Positions 29,782 to 40,800 of a stretch of DNA of 64,000 nt are shown piece by piece. Each line of letters starts with the position of its first letter. The first letter of the stretch is position 1. The DNA comes from an uncultured Acidobacteriota bacterium (GTDB taxonomy: Bacteria > Acidobacteriota > Vicinamibacteria > Vicinamibacterales > UBA2999). The translations under genes were made by a program, and so were the position numbers. The stretch spans positions 1,511,733 to 1,575,732 of the forward strand of contig CAWEBU010000006.1 in the NCBI GenBank assembly GCA_963807405.1. Direction: 5' to 3'. The notes under the pieces are model-generated. The model worked only from the letters and a program-made list of their open reading frames with translations. It was not told where the DNA came from and did not search any database.

Positions 29782-31492
29782 CTACCCGGCGGCCAGGTCG
29801 CGCAGGTCTTTCCGCAGCACCTTGCCGACCGGCGATTTCGGCAGGTCGTCACGGAAGTGGACGGTCTTCGGCACCTTGTAGGCGGAGAGCGATTGCCGGC
29901 AGTGGTCGCGCAAGATCTGTTCGGTCAGCGCCGGGTCCTTGCGCACGATGAAGGCGCAGACGATCTCACCCGCCGTGGCGTCCGGCCGGCCGATGACCGC
30001 AACCTCGGCCACGCCGGGATGCGCCGCCAGCACCGCTTCGACTTCGTTCGGGTAGACGTTGAAGCCGCTCACGAGAATCATGTCCTTCTTGCGGTCGACG
30101 ATGTAGAGGTAGCCGTCGCCATCGACGGTGGCGATGTCGCCGGTGGAGAGCCAGCCGTCACGCAGCACGCGGGCGGTCTCGTCGGGCCGGTCCCAGTAGC
30201 CGGGCATCACCTGCGGTCCCTTGACGAGCAGTTCGCCAGGCTCGCCGTCGGGCACGTCCTGCCCGTCCGCATCGACGATGCGGATGTCGGTGCCGGGCAC
30301 CGGGGTGCCGATCGACTCGCGCTTGTTGCGGTGAAACGGCACGAGCGACACGACCGGCGACGTCTCGGTCAGCCCGTAGCCCTGATAGATCGGCGTCTTC
30401 GTCATCGCTTCCCAGCGGTCGCCGACGCTCGGCAGGAGCGCCATGCCACCGGCCACCGTGCCCTTGAACGAGAAGCCGGTGTGCGCCTTGAACCACGGCT
30501 CGTGCATCAGCCCCGCGAAGAGCGTGTTCACGCCGGTGAGCCAGGTGGCACCTTCGGTCGTGAGCGCCGCCTTGAGATTGACGAGGGGACGGGGGCTGGG
30601 GATGAGGATGTTGCGTCCACCGAAGGCGAAGAACACCATCAGGTTCGCCGTGAACGCGAAGATATGGTACAGCGGCAGCGCGGTCACGACGGATTCCCGA
30701 CCCTCGATGACGCCCGGCTTCCACACTTCGATGCACTGCGCGATGTTGGCGAGCAGGTTGCCCTCGGTGAGCACCGCCCCCTTGCTGACGCCGGTCGTGC
30801 CACCGGTGTACTGCAGGGTGGCCACGCGGTCCTCGGTTGCGCCGAGGAGGTAGACGGCAGGGTCGGCGCCGGAGGCGAGTTTGCGGCGGCCGGCGGCGAG
30901 CGCCGTCTCGAAGGTGGTGTGGTCGAACGTCACCGCCGGCACCTGCTTCTTGACGTACTTCTGCACCGCGCGTACGAGCGTGCCGCGTGAGAAACGGCAT
31001 GAGGTCGGCAATGGTCACGACGACGACGGTCCTGATGGCGGTCCTCGGCAGGACCTGCGCCACCTTGTCGGCGAACAGGTCGATGACCACGAGGCCGGTC
31101 GCCCCGCTGTCGGCGAACTGGTGTTCCATCTCCGGCGCGGTGTAGAGCGGGTTGGTGTTGACCGTGACGAGGCCGGCCTTCATCGCCCCGAACACCACGA
31201 TGGGATAGGCCAGGCAGTTGGGCATCTGCACGGCGAGACGGTCGCCGGCGGCGAAGCCCGCGACCTCGCGCAGATAGACGGCAAAGACGTCCGAGAGCCG
31301 ATCGACTTCCGCGAAGGTCAGGGTGCCGCGACTGCCGTTCGGCAGCAGCAGGGTGAACGCCTCGTTCGAGGCGTACCTGGCGGCCGCGTCACGGACCAGC
31401 GCCGCGACCGTCTGCCACGGACGAGGTGGCAGGTCCTGCGCGGTGACCGGCGCATAGAATCGGGTCCAGGGTCTGGTGGCAAGGTCCGGCAT
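29782..31492 (-). pseudogene. fadD: Long-chain fatty acid-CoA ligase (FadD-like), one extra base around 30985-30995
   Basis: The N-terminal half lies in ORF 30158..31591, from ATG 31492: MPDLATRPWTRFY...VVVVTIADLMPF. The C-terminal half lies in ORF 29782..31011: RGTLVRAVQKYVKKQVP...LQYTGGTTGVSKGA (AMP-binding motif)...GYGLTETSP...GEIV...KSPVGKVLRKDLR. Confidence 0.85.
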
Positions 31493-31603
31493 GCGCGTGG
31501 CAGTCGTCGTCAGCGCATTGTAATGAAGTCCGCTCCGCCGACCGAAAGATCGGCGAGCCCCCCAGTCACGCCCGAGGCACCAACCTTGCATTGCTCTTCA
31601 CCC

Positions 31604-32479
31604 ATGTCCCGATTGCTCCGTCTGCTCGCCGTCGTTGCCGTCGTCGGTCTGGCCGCCTGCAGCAAGTCCCCCGACTCGCCCACCGCGCCCTCGCCAAGTG
31701 GCCCCGGCAGTGCCTTCGTCCAGACACATCTCGGGGCCAGCGACGCCGCCGGAGTCGGGTCATCGGTGCCCTGCTTCCCGTTCACGGTCTGCGAGCCGAA
31801 CGCCACCAGCTGGGTGCAGGTGCTCTACCGGCGCCTGCAGCAGAACGGCACGACCACGCTGCTCAATCTCGGCGTGCCGGGGTCCGTCCTCAGCCAGAAC
31901 ATCGAGGAACTGGGCCGCCGCGTGGGCCGCACCTATCCCGGCAACTTCATCACCAACCAGGCGCCGTTCACCAAGAGCGACTCGAGGGTCGTCACGATCT
32001 TCGCCGGGGGCAACGACGCCAACACGATCGGACAGGTGGTCCAGGCCCAGTTGGCCGGCGACGACGTGCCCGGCTTCATCGACCAGCAGGTTCGTCAGTG
32101 GGGTGACGATATGGGTAATCTTGTCCGTGCCGTGCGCCAGAAGGCGCCGACCGCCAAGGTCGTCATCCTGAACCTGCCGAACCTCGCGGGCGCGCCCTAT
32201 CTGGCCCGGAACTCGGCCCTCGAGCGGGGCGTGATGCAGCGCATCGTCGTGGGGATGACCGACCGGATCAACGCGCAGGCCGGCGCCAACACCTTCGTCG
32301 TCGATCTGATGTGCGATCCCCGGTTCCTCGAACCGGCCAGCTTCTCGAGCGACGGCTTCCATCCGAGCGACCGCGGCTACGCGCTGATGGCGGAACTCGC
32401 CTACCCGGCCGTGGTGAACCAGTCGCACCCGGCCCCCGCCGCCGACTGCGCCCTCCGCCGGGTCGCTCCCACCTACTAG
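31604..32479 (+). CDS. SGNH/GDSL hydrolase-family lipoprotein
   Basis: ATG 31604 gives MSRLLRLLAVVAVVGLAAC (lipobox). It has the block III GGNDA and block V DGFHPS (DxxH) motifs. The upstream part of ORF 30881..32479 is antisense to fadD. Confidence 0.75.
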   Translation: MSRLLRLLAVVAVVGLAACSKSPDSPTAPSPSGPGSAFVQTHLGASDAAGVGSSVPCFPFTVCEPNATSWVQVLYRRLQQNGTTTLLNLGVPGSVLSQNIEELGRRVGRTYPGNFITNQAPFTKSDSRVVTIFAGGNDANTIGQVVQAQLAGDDVPGFIDQQVRQWGDDMGNLVRAVRQKAPTAKVVILNLPNLAGAPYLARNSALERGVMQRIVVGMTDRINAQAGANTFVVDLMCDPRFLEPASFSSDGFHPSDRGYALMAELAYPAVVNQSHPAPAADCALRRVAPTY

Positions 32480-32554
32480 GCAGCGCGGCGCTCTCCCCCG
32501 CGCCGTGCTTGGCCCTGGCACGCGGCCCCCTGCCGCGTGCGGCTGCCGCCAGTG

Positions 32555-32825
32555 TCAGACAGCTGGTGCGTCCGGCCGGTCGGCATCGCATCTCCAGCAG
32601 CGGTCGAACTGCCCCTCGATCGCTTCGCCGCACGCGCTACACGTCCACGCGCGCGCTGGCATGGACCGGCCCGTCGAAGATCCAATCCAGCACCGGCACC
32701 GGCTGCGGCGCCGCCTGCAGCGGCTCCGGGCCCAGAACCGCGAGGCCGAGCGCGGCAACGCTGGCCAGACGCCGCAGGTATTGCCGGAGGCCAGTACGGG
32801 GAGCCGCAAGCTGCATCAGCGGCAT
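32555..32825 (-). pseudogene. Small zinc-ribbon protein (W-x-C-x2-CGE...F-x2-CW-x-C), possibly with a signal-like N-terminus; one extra base near 32645-32652
   Basis: The C-terminal frame reads (W)TCSACGEAIEGQFDRCWRCDADRPDAPAV. The upstream frame from ATG 32825 reads MPLMQLAAPRTGLRQYLRRLASVAALGLAVLG...HASAR and stops 1 nt out of phase. The link between the two halves is inference. Confidence 0.3.
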
Positions 32826-32900
32826 TTTACGGGACAGCGGAATCCTCGTTGAGGAGATCACCTGCGAGCAGGCGGCCGAGTCAGTGATAGCCCGCCGCAT

Positions 32901-33091
32901 TATTACAATTTGGTAAGCGTCTTAAAATACGTGCTCGTTTCACACCGATAGATGCACTTCAGCTCATCTCTCCATCTTTGAATTGCATCTTCGGCCACAG
33001 ATCGTGCACAATCTGCCTGCGACGCGACGAACGCCAGTCGGGTCAACTGCCACTCAGTGGTTTCACCAAAGGAATAGGGAGAGTTGCTGCC
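32901..33091 (+). promoter_or_regulatory. AT-rich upstream region of the type III GS gene (probable promoter / 5' leader)
   Basis: Locally very low GC for this genome (attattacaatttggtaagcgtcttaaaatacg...ttgaattgcatcttcgg). Candidate boxes are TTGCAT-18nt-CACAAT. There is an 11-bp palindrome CCACTCAGTGG at 33050-33060 and an SD GGGAGAG 8 nt before ATG 33092. I recognised no sigma-54, NtcA or glutamine-riboswitch consensus. Confidence 0.3.
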
Positions 33092-35270
33092 ATGGGATCA
33101 GACACGCTGAGCGCCGCCATCGACCACATGCGCCGTTGGGCCATGCACGAGGGCCGAGCCGTCCACGAGCCCGCGCAGGTGGGCGAGATCTTCGGATCGC
33201 TGGTCTTCAACGACGCCGTGCAGCAGGCGCGGCTCCCGAAGGCGGTCTGGCAGGCGCTCCGCGATACGGTCACCAAGGGCACGCCGCTCGAGATGTCGGC
33301 CGCCGACGCGGTGGCGTCCGCCCTCAAGGACTGGGCCGTCGAGCACGGGGCCTCGCACTACACGCACTGGTTCCAGCCGATGACCGGCATCACGGCCGAG
33401 AAGCACGACTCGTTCTACTCGCCCACCGGCGATGGCCGCTCGATGGCCGAGTTCAGCGGCAAGGAACTGGTGCGCGGCGAGCCCGACGCGTCGAGCTTCC
33501 CGTCGGGCGGCATGCGCAGCACGTTCGAGGCCCGCGGCTACACCGCCTGGGACCCGACCAGCCCGCCGTGGCTGCTCGTCACCGGCAACTCGGCCACGCT
33601 CGTCATTCCGACCGCGTTCGTCAGCTGGACCGGCGAGTCGCTCGACAAGAAGACGCCGCTCCTGCGTTCGATGGAAGCGCTCTCGACGCAGGCCGTCCGC
33701 GCGCTCAGGCTGTTCGGCGTGCCGGCCTCGCGCGTCACCGCCACCTGCGGCCCCGAGCAGGAGTACTTCCTGATCGACCGCCACTTCTATTACAACCGGC
33801 CCGACCTCATCAACGCCGGCCGGACGCTGTTCGGCGCGCGGCCGCCGAAGGGACAGGAGCTCGAGGATCAGGTACTTCGGCTCGATCCCCGAACGCGTGC
33901 TCGCCTTCATGGCCGAAGTCGAGACCGAGCTCTACAAGGTCGGCGTGCCGATCAAGACGCGCCACAACGAGGTGGCGCCGTCGCAGTACGAGCTGGCGCC
34001 GATCTTCGAGAGCATGAACGTGGCCACCGATCATCAGATGATGACGATGGAGACGCTCAAGCGCATCGCGCCGAAGTACGGCCTGGCCTGCCTGACCCAC
34101 GAGAAGCCGTTCGCCGGCGTCAACGGCTCGGGCAAGCACGTCAACTGGAGCATGAGCGACGACCTCGGCAACAACCTGCTCAACCCGGGCGCGACGCCGC
34201 ACGACAACATGCAGTTCCTGTTCTTCTGCACGGCCGTCGTCCGCGCGGTCGACACGTTCCAGGGCCTGCTGCGGATGAGCATCGCCAGCGCCGGCAACGA
34301 TCACCGGCTGGGCGCCAACGAGGCGCCCCCGGCGATCCTGTCGATCTTCCTCGGCGACATGCTGACCGAGGTGCTCGAGCAGGTCGAGAACGGCGGCCCC
34401 AAGTCGAGCCGGCACGGCGGCGTGCTCGACATCGGCGTCTCGGTGCTGCCGAAGCTGCCGCGCGATGCCGGCGACCGCAACCGTACCTCGCCCTTTGCCT
34501 TCACCGGCAACAAGTTCGAGTTCCGCGCGGTGTCGGCCAACCAGAGCATCGCCTTCCCGTCGACCTGCCTCAACGTGGCGGTCTCGGAATCGCTCGACTT
34601 CATGTGCGCCCAGCTCGAAGGCGCGCTCGCCAAGGGCGAGGGCCTGGAGGAGGCCGTCGCCTCGCTGCTGAAGGCGACCCTGAAGAAGCACAAGCGGATC
34701 ATCTTCAATGGCAACGGCTACGCGATGGAGTGGCAGAAGGAGGCCACCAAGCGCGGGCTGCTCAACCACAAGAACACGGTGGACGCGCTGCCCGAGATCA
34801 CCTCGGATCTGGTGGTCAAGACGTTCGAGAAGTTCAAGGTCCTCACCGGCCGCGAACTGCACGCCCGCTACGAGGTCAACGTCGAGGCCTACAACAAGAC
34901 CATCAACGTCGAGGCGCAGCTCATGGTGCTGATGGCCAACCGGTTCATCCTGCCGGCCGCGCTGGAGTATCAGCGCGCCGTGGCGGCCAGCGTGACGGCC
35001 GTCAAGCAGGCCGGCGGCACCAGCCGCGAGGGCAAGAAGCTGCTCAGCAAGCTGGTCAAGCTGGTCGACCAGTTCCGCGCGCAGACCGACGTCCTCGCCG
35101 GGGCGCTCGATCACAGCGCTCCCAGCGCCGAGAAGCACGCGAAGTACATGCGCGACAAGGTCGTGCCGGCGATGGTGCGGCTCCGTGAGCTGGGCGATCA
35201 GCTGGAGGTCGTGGCACCGCACGGCACCTGGCCGCTGCCGACCTACCGGGAGATGCTCTTCATCAAGTAG
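33092..35270 (+). pseudogene. glnN: Type III glutamine synthetase (GlnN-type), one extra base at 33871-33872
   Basis: The N-terminal part lies in ORF 32978..35188, from ATG 33092: ...[14 protein letters not shown]...[11 protein letters not shown]...[10 protein letters not shown]. The rest lies in ORF 33897..35270: (YFGSIPER)[35 protein letters not shown]...[10 protein letters not shown]. Removing one g from caGGtac restores a 725-codon frame. Confidence 0.9.
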
Positions 35271-35277
35271 CAAGGGG

Positions 35278-35342
35278 GGCTCGGGGCCAGCGTGTGGCCG
35301 CTACCACCGGTATACTGGGGAACACCACGCCGGCCCCGAGCC
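35278..35342 (+). other. Long imperfect hairpin (17-bp stem, 31-nt loop) between glnN and the FKBP gene
   Basis: ggctcggggccagcgtg (35278-35294) pairs with cacgccggccccgagcc (35326-35342) with one mismatch. No U-tract follows, and it ends 10 nt before ATG 35353. Confidence 0.5.
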
Positions 35343-35352
35343 TCATCCGCCC

Positions 35353-35793
35353 ATGCATCAAGCTTCCCGTCTCGTGTTCGCCCTGCTGCTCTCGACCGCG
35401 GTCACTGCCTGCGGTGGCGGCGGCAGCACGCCGACCTCACCACTCCCGCCGTCGCTCGGAATTCCCTTCTCCACAACGGAACTCCGCGTGGGCACGGGCA
35501 ATCTGGCCCAGAACGGCGCGCGCGTCGTCGTCAGTTACACGGGCTGGCTCTACGAGCCAGCCGCTGTCGACAACAAGGGGACGCAGTTCGACTCCGGCAC
35601 CTTGCCGGCGTTCATTCTTGGGGGAGGTGGCGTCATCGCCGGCTTCGAACGCGGCGTGTCTGGCATGCGCGTCGGCGGACTGCGCCGCGTCATCATCCCG
35701 CCGGAACTGGGCTACGGCACGCGCGGCAGCGGCACCTCGATTCCGCCCAACGCGACGCTCATCTTCGAGATCGAACTGCTCGCCTCGCAGTAG
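35353..35793 (+). CDS. FKBP-type peptidyl-prolyl cis-trans isomerase lipoprotein
   Basis: ATG 35353 gives MHQASRLVFALLLSTAVTAC (lipobox). The FKBP core reads VVVSYTGWL...FDS...GGGGVIAGFERGVSGMRVGGLRRVIIPPELGYG...IPPNATLIFEIELL. Confidence 0.85.
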   Translation: MHQASRLVFALLLSTAVTACGGGGSTPTSPLPPSLGIPFSTTELRVGTGNLAQNGARVVVSYTGWLYEPAAVDNKGTQFDSGTLPAFILGGGGVIAGFERGVSGMRVGGLRRVIIPPELGYGTRGSGTSIPPNATLIFEIELLASQ

Positions 35794-35811
35794 GGCCCGT
35801 CCAGGCTGCGC

Positions 35812-36549
35812 TCACGACGCGCCGCGCGGGATCGGCGCGTGCTCACGCAGTCCGCGTCGGCTGATGCCGGCCAGCTCGAAGGTGTCGCCGTCCCGGCTGC
35901 GGTTGTACATCACCCACGTCTGCACACCACCGCGTCCGGCCACGGCGATGCCGAGCGGGTGGCGGCGCGGAATGCGGATGTACTCGTCGTAGGAACCGAA
36001 GGTGGCCGGTCGCGCCCCGACCACGATCGGGGCGGAGTCAGCTTGCGGCAGCACCCATGCGCCCACCACCGCGCCGCGCCACTCCGGATCCGGCGCGCGC
36101 AGCGTCAGGTCGACATACACCGCGCTGGCGGCCGCGCCGGCCGGCACGTACATCGACACCTCGGTGACGCGCCGGTCGCCCACTCCGGCGGCGCGGGCAG
36201 CCACCTCTTCGACGGCCCGCTGGGCCCAGCGCCACGGCTCGCCGCTCGCCGCGAACACGCGGACGGTGGTCACGGGCAGCCCTTCGCTCGTCTCCAGGCC
36301 GACGATGGCCGGCGGATCGGGCGCCGGCGGACCCACCAGGCCACGCGGGGAATCGGTCACCCAGGCGCGGCCATCGAAGAGCGCAATCGGATGGCGGCGG
36401 CCGGAGACGTCGACGGCCCGCACGGCGAATGACTCCGCCTGCGACACGATCAGCGTCGGGTCGGGGCCGAGATCCAGGCTCTGCAGGCCCATCCAGCCGG
36501 CACAGAACGCCAGCCACCATCGCCCGCCGCGACTGCGCCGTCGCCTCAT
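35812..36549 (-). CDS. Hypothetical protein, last gene after the RND/TolC genes
   Basis: 245 aa with an N-terminal Arg-rich plus hydrophobic anchor (RWWLAFCAGWMGL). It lies 46 nt downstream of the TolC-like gene on the same strand. No family recognised. Confidence 0.45.
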   Translation of the reverse strand: MRRRRSRGGRWWLAFCAGWMGLQSLDLGPDPTLIVSQAESFAVRAVDVSGRRHPIALFDGRAWVTDSPRGLVGPPAPDPPAIVGLETSEGLPVTTVRVFAASGEPWRWAQRAVEEVAARAAGVGDRRVTEVSMYVPAGAAASAVYVDLTLRAPDPEWRGAVVGAWVLPQADSAPIVVGARPATFGSYDEYIRIPRRHPLGIAVAGRGGVQTWVMYNRSRDGDTFELAGISRRGLREHAPIPRGAS

Positions 36550-36595
36550 CGCGCCAGTCTACGCCTCACCGGGGTGAGACGCCAGCGCTCGCAGG

Positions 36596-37873
36596 CTAGC
36601 CCGGGAACCGGCCCAGGGCGACCAGCAGCGCGAGGCGCGCCAGCCGGCCGCGGTCCTCGGCCTGACGCACCGCCGTCTCGGCGTCGCGGGAGCGGCGCTG
36701 CGCATCCACCAGCTCGATGTTGGTGGTGGCGCCGGCGCGAAACGCGATGTCGGTGATGCGCAGGACCTCGGCGGCGTGGGCGGCCGCCTCACGGGCGCGC
36801 TCGAGGGCGCGCACCTCGGCGTCGATCGACGCGCGCGCGGCGCGCACGGCCGACCGGGCCTGCAATTCGGCCTCGCGCCGTTCGACGCGGGCCACCGACA
36901 CCTCGACCTCGCGCGCCGCCTTCACCGCGCGCCGCTGGCCGCCGTCGAAGATCGGCACCGCCGCCGTCAGCAGGGCCCGCCACGTGCCGGACGGCGCAAA
37001 CAGTCCGGACGGCGTCAGGTAGGTCGGCTCGAACGAGGCACGCACCGTCGGCACCCAGTCGCGCCAGCTGTCGGCCACCACGCGTCCGGCGGCGTCGATG
37101 CGCGCGTCGAACAGCTTGATGTCGGTGCGATCGAGCAGCCAGGCCTCGCCTTCGGCCACCGGCGTCTCGAGCGCCGGCTCCCCCACCGTGTCGGCCGGAC
37201 GATTGGCCGCCATCAGCAGGCCGAGCGCTTCCTGCCCGAGCGACACGGCCAGGCGCGCGCGTTCGACGAGCTCCTGCACCACCGCCAGTTCCTGGGCCGC
37301 GCGCAATTCGTTCAGCCGGCTGCCCACGCCGCCCTCGCGCCGGGCCGTGGCGTAGTCGAGCTGCGCCTGCGCGTTGTCGCGCGCCCGCTCGTTCACTTCG
37401 ACCTGACGCTTGGCGCCGACAATCGACAGGTAGGCCTCGGCCGCGGCCACGCCCACCTGCCGGCGGACGTCGTCGACCGCGAGATTGGCGATGTCGACGC
37501 GCAAGGCCGCCTGGGCGCGGGCCGCCCACTGCGCCATCGCCAGCACCGGCACCGCCGCCGACCCGCCGAAGAGCACCTGCGTCTGCGGCGTGACGACCTG
37601 ACCGCTGAATCCGCGATCGCCGTCGAGCACCGTGGTGACGATGCTGCCGTCGACGGTCGGGCGCGTCGCGGCCCGCGCCTGTGCCAGGAGCGCCTGCGCG
37701 GTCTGCACCGAGGTGGCCGCGCGCTCGACGGTCGGGTTGCTGGCGATGGCCCGCTGTACCGCCTCATCGAACGTCACCGGTTCCGCCACCGCGGTCTGCG
37801 CCGCCGCCGACGCGACCGTCAGGGCGGCGAACAGCAGCGCGAGGGCCGCGCGTCGCCAGCCGTGGTTACCCAT
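36596..37873 (-). CDS. TolC-family outer membrane efflux protein
   Basis: Start MGNHGWRRAALALLFAALTVASAAAQ at 37873. It has two OEP repeats with coiled alpha-helical Ala/Arg/Gln-rich segments, and overlaps the RND gene stop by 8 nt. Confidence 0.8.
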   Translation of the reverse strand: MGNHGWRRAALALLFAALTVASAAAQTAVAEPVTFDEAVQRAIASNPTVERAATSVQTAQALLAQARAATRPTVDGSIVTTVLDGDRGFSGQVVTPQTQVLFGGSAAVPVLAMAQWAARAQAALRVDIANLAVDDVRRQVGVAAAEAYLSIVGAKRQVEVNERARDNAQAQLDYATARREGGVGSRLNELRAAQELAVVQELVERARLAVSLGQEALGLLMAANRPADTVGEPALETPVAEGEAWLLDRTDIKLFDARIDAAGRVVADSWRDWVPTVRASFEPTYLTPSGLFAPSGTWRALLTAAVPIFDGGQRRAVKAAREVEVSVARVERREAELQARSAVRAARASIDAEVRALERAREAAAHAAEVLRITDIAFRAGATTNIELVDAQRRSRDAETAVRQAEDRGRLARLALLVALGRFPG

Positions 37874-40800
37874 GCGCCACCTCCGGTTCGGCGGCGCGGT
37901 GACGCGGCTTGCCCGGGACCAGACTGCGGATGAGGACATAGAGCACCGGAATGAACACGATGGACAGGAAGGTGGAGGCGAGCATGCCGCCGGCCACCGT
38001 CGTGCCCACGGAGTTGCGCGCCGCCGCGCCGGCGCCGGTGGCGTAGGCCAGCGGCAGCACGCCGAGGATGAACGCGATCGAGGTCATGAGGATCGGCCGC
38101 AACCGGATGCGCGAGGCCTCCACGGCGGCGTCGAAGATCGAGTAGCCGCCGGCGCGCAGCTGCTCGGCGAACTCCACGATGAGGATGGCGTTCTTGGCGG
38201 CGAGGCCGACCAGCAGCACCAGCCCCACCTGACAGAAGACGTCGTTGGCGAGTCCGCGAAGATACTGCGCGCCGAGCCCCCCGAGGACCGCCAGCGGCAC
38301 GCCCAGCAGGATGATGACCGGCAGAATCCAGCTCTCGTACTGCGCGGCCAGCACCAGATAGACGAGCAGCACGCTCAGCGCGAAGATGTAGATCGACTGC
38401 GACCCGGCGCTGATCTCCTCGAGCGACTGTCCGGCCCACGCGAAGCTGAACCCCGGCGGCAGCGCCGCGCCCGCGATCTCCTCCATCGCCTGCAGCGCTT
38501 CGCCCGAGCTCAGCCCGGGCGCCGCCACGCCGGTGATCTCGGCCGAGCGGAACAGGTTGAAGTGGCTGATCACCTGCGGCGCCGTCGTCTCACTGACGCG
38601 CACCACCGTGTCGAGCGACACCATCTGGCCGCTGGCGGTGCGGGCGTAGAGCTGCTTGAGATTGTCGGGCGAGGCCCGGAAGCGCTGGTCGGCCTGCGCG
38701 TAGACACGGTAGGCGCGGCTGTTGAAGTCGAAGTCGTTGACGTACTGCGAGCCGAGGAAGATCTGCAGCGCGTCGGTGACCTCCCGCAGCGGCAGCCCCA
38801 GCGCGCGCGCCTTGTCGCGGTCGATGTCGACGACCAGCTGCGGGTCATCAGCGCGGAAGCTGCTGAAGAGTCCGGCCACGCGACCCGACTGGTTGCCCTG
38901 CCGGGCCACGGCGGCGGTGGCCTCGGCCAGCCCGGCGATGTCGCCACCGGTCTGATCGAGGACCTCGAACTGGAAGCCGCCGAACACCGACAGCCCCTGA
39001 ATGGCCGGCGGCGCAAACGGCACGACGATCGCGCCGGGAATGCCGAACATCGCACCGCGGACACGGTTGAGCACGGCGCTCAGCGACTGATCGGCCCGCT
39101 GACGCTCCTCGTACGGCTTGAGCATCGTGAAGATGAGGCCGTTGTTCGGGGCCGCGCCGCTGAAGCTGAACCCCATCACGGCGAAGGCCGAGGCGATGTC
39201 GGGATCGGCGTAGAGAATCTTCTCCGCCTCCTTGGCAATGCCGTCGGTGTATTCGAGGGAGGCACCGCCCGGCGCCTGCACCACGGTGATGAAATAGCCC
39301 TCGTCTTCCTCCGGCACGAACGCCGTCGGCACCACCTGCGTGATGGCATACGTGGCGCCCAGACCGAGCGCGAACACGAGCAGCATCGCCCAGCGCCAGC
39401 GCAACGCCCAGCGCACGACCTGCACATAGCCGTTGGTGCCGCTCTCGATCACGCGATTGACCATCGTGAAGAAGCGGCCGTGCGTGTGCACTTCCTTGTC
39501 GAGCAGCAGCGCCGCCAGCGCCGGTGTCAGCGTGATGGCATTGAACACCGACAGCACCACCGCGAAGGCGATGGTCAGCGAGAACTGCTGATAGAGGCGG
39601 CCGGTCGTGCCCGGGAAGAAGGCCACCGGCACGAACACCGCGACCAGCACGATGCCGATGACGATGACCGCACTCAGCACCTCGTGCATGCCGTCGACCG
39701 ACGCCTTGAAGGCCGACTTGCCGTACTCCCGCATGTGGCGTTCGATGTTCTCGACCACCACGATGGCGTCGTCGACGACGATGCCGATCGACAGCACGAT
39801 GCCGAACAGCGTCAGCGTGTTGATCGAGAAGCCGAACAGCTTGACGAAGGCGAAGGTGCCGATGAGCGACACCGGGATGGTCAGGGCCGGGATGAGCGTG
39901 CTCCGCCAGTTCTGCAGGAACAGGAACATCACCAGGATGACCAGCCCCAGCGCCTCGGCCAGCGTCTTCAGCACCTCGACGATCGACTCGCGCACGACGG
40001 TGACGTTGTCGAACGCCAGCCGCCATTCGAGCCCCGGCGGGAAGTTCTTCTCGATGCGGGCCATCTCGGCCAGCACGCCGTCGTAGACGGCCAGCGCGTT
40101 GGCCGTCGGCAGCAGCTGGACGCCGAGCCCCGACGCCTCGAGACCAAGGAAGCGCAGGTTGGCCGAGTAGTTCTCGGCGCCGAGTTCGACGCGGCCGATG
40201 TCCGAGATGCGCACCAGGGCGCCATCCTTGCCGCCGGCGACGACCACGGCGGCGAACTCCTCCGCTTCGGTGAGACGGCCCTGGGCGCGGACGCTCAGGG
40301 TGAACATCTGCTCGGCCGAGGCCGGCGACTCACCGAGCGCACCGGCAGCCACCTGGACGTTCTGCTCACGCAACGCGCTCACGACGTCGCTGGCGGTGAG
40401 CCCGCGGGCCGCCAGCCTGGCCGGATCGATCCACAGCCGCATCGCGTAGCGGCGCTCGCCGAAGATGATGACGTCGCCCACGCCGGGCACGCGCTTGATG
40501 GCGTCGCGGACGTAGCGGTCGACGTAGTTGCTGATGAACTGGGCGTCGTAGCGGTTGTCCCGCGAGAAGAACCCGAGGCCGCCCATGAAGCCGGCGGTGT
40601 TCTTGGTGACGGTGATGCCGTTGGTGCGGACGTCGGCCGGCATGCGGCCAAGGGCCTGGTTGACGCGGTTCTGGACGTCGATCGCCGCGAGGTCTGGATC
40701 GCGGTCGATGTTGAAGGTGGCGGTGATGGTGCTGATCCCGCTGTTGGTGCTCGACGACTGCAGATAGGCCAGCCCCTCGACGCCGTTGATCACCTGTTCG

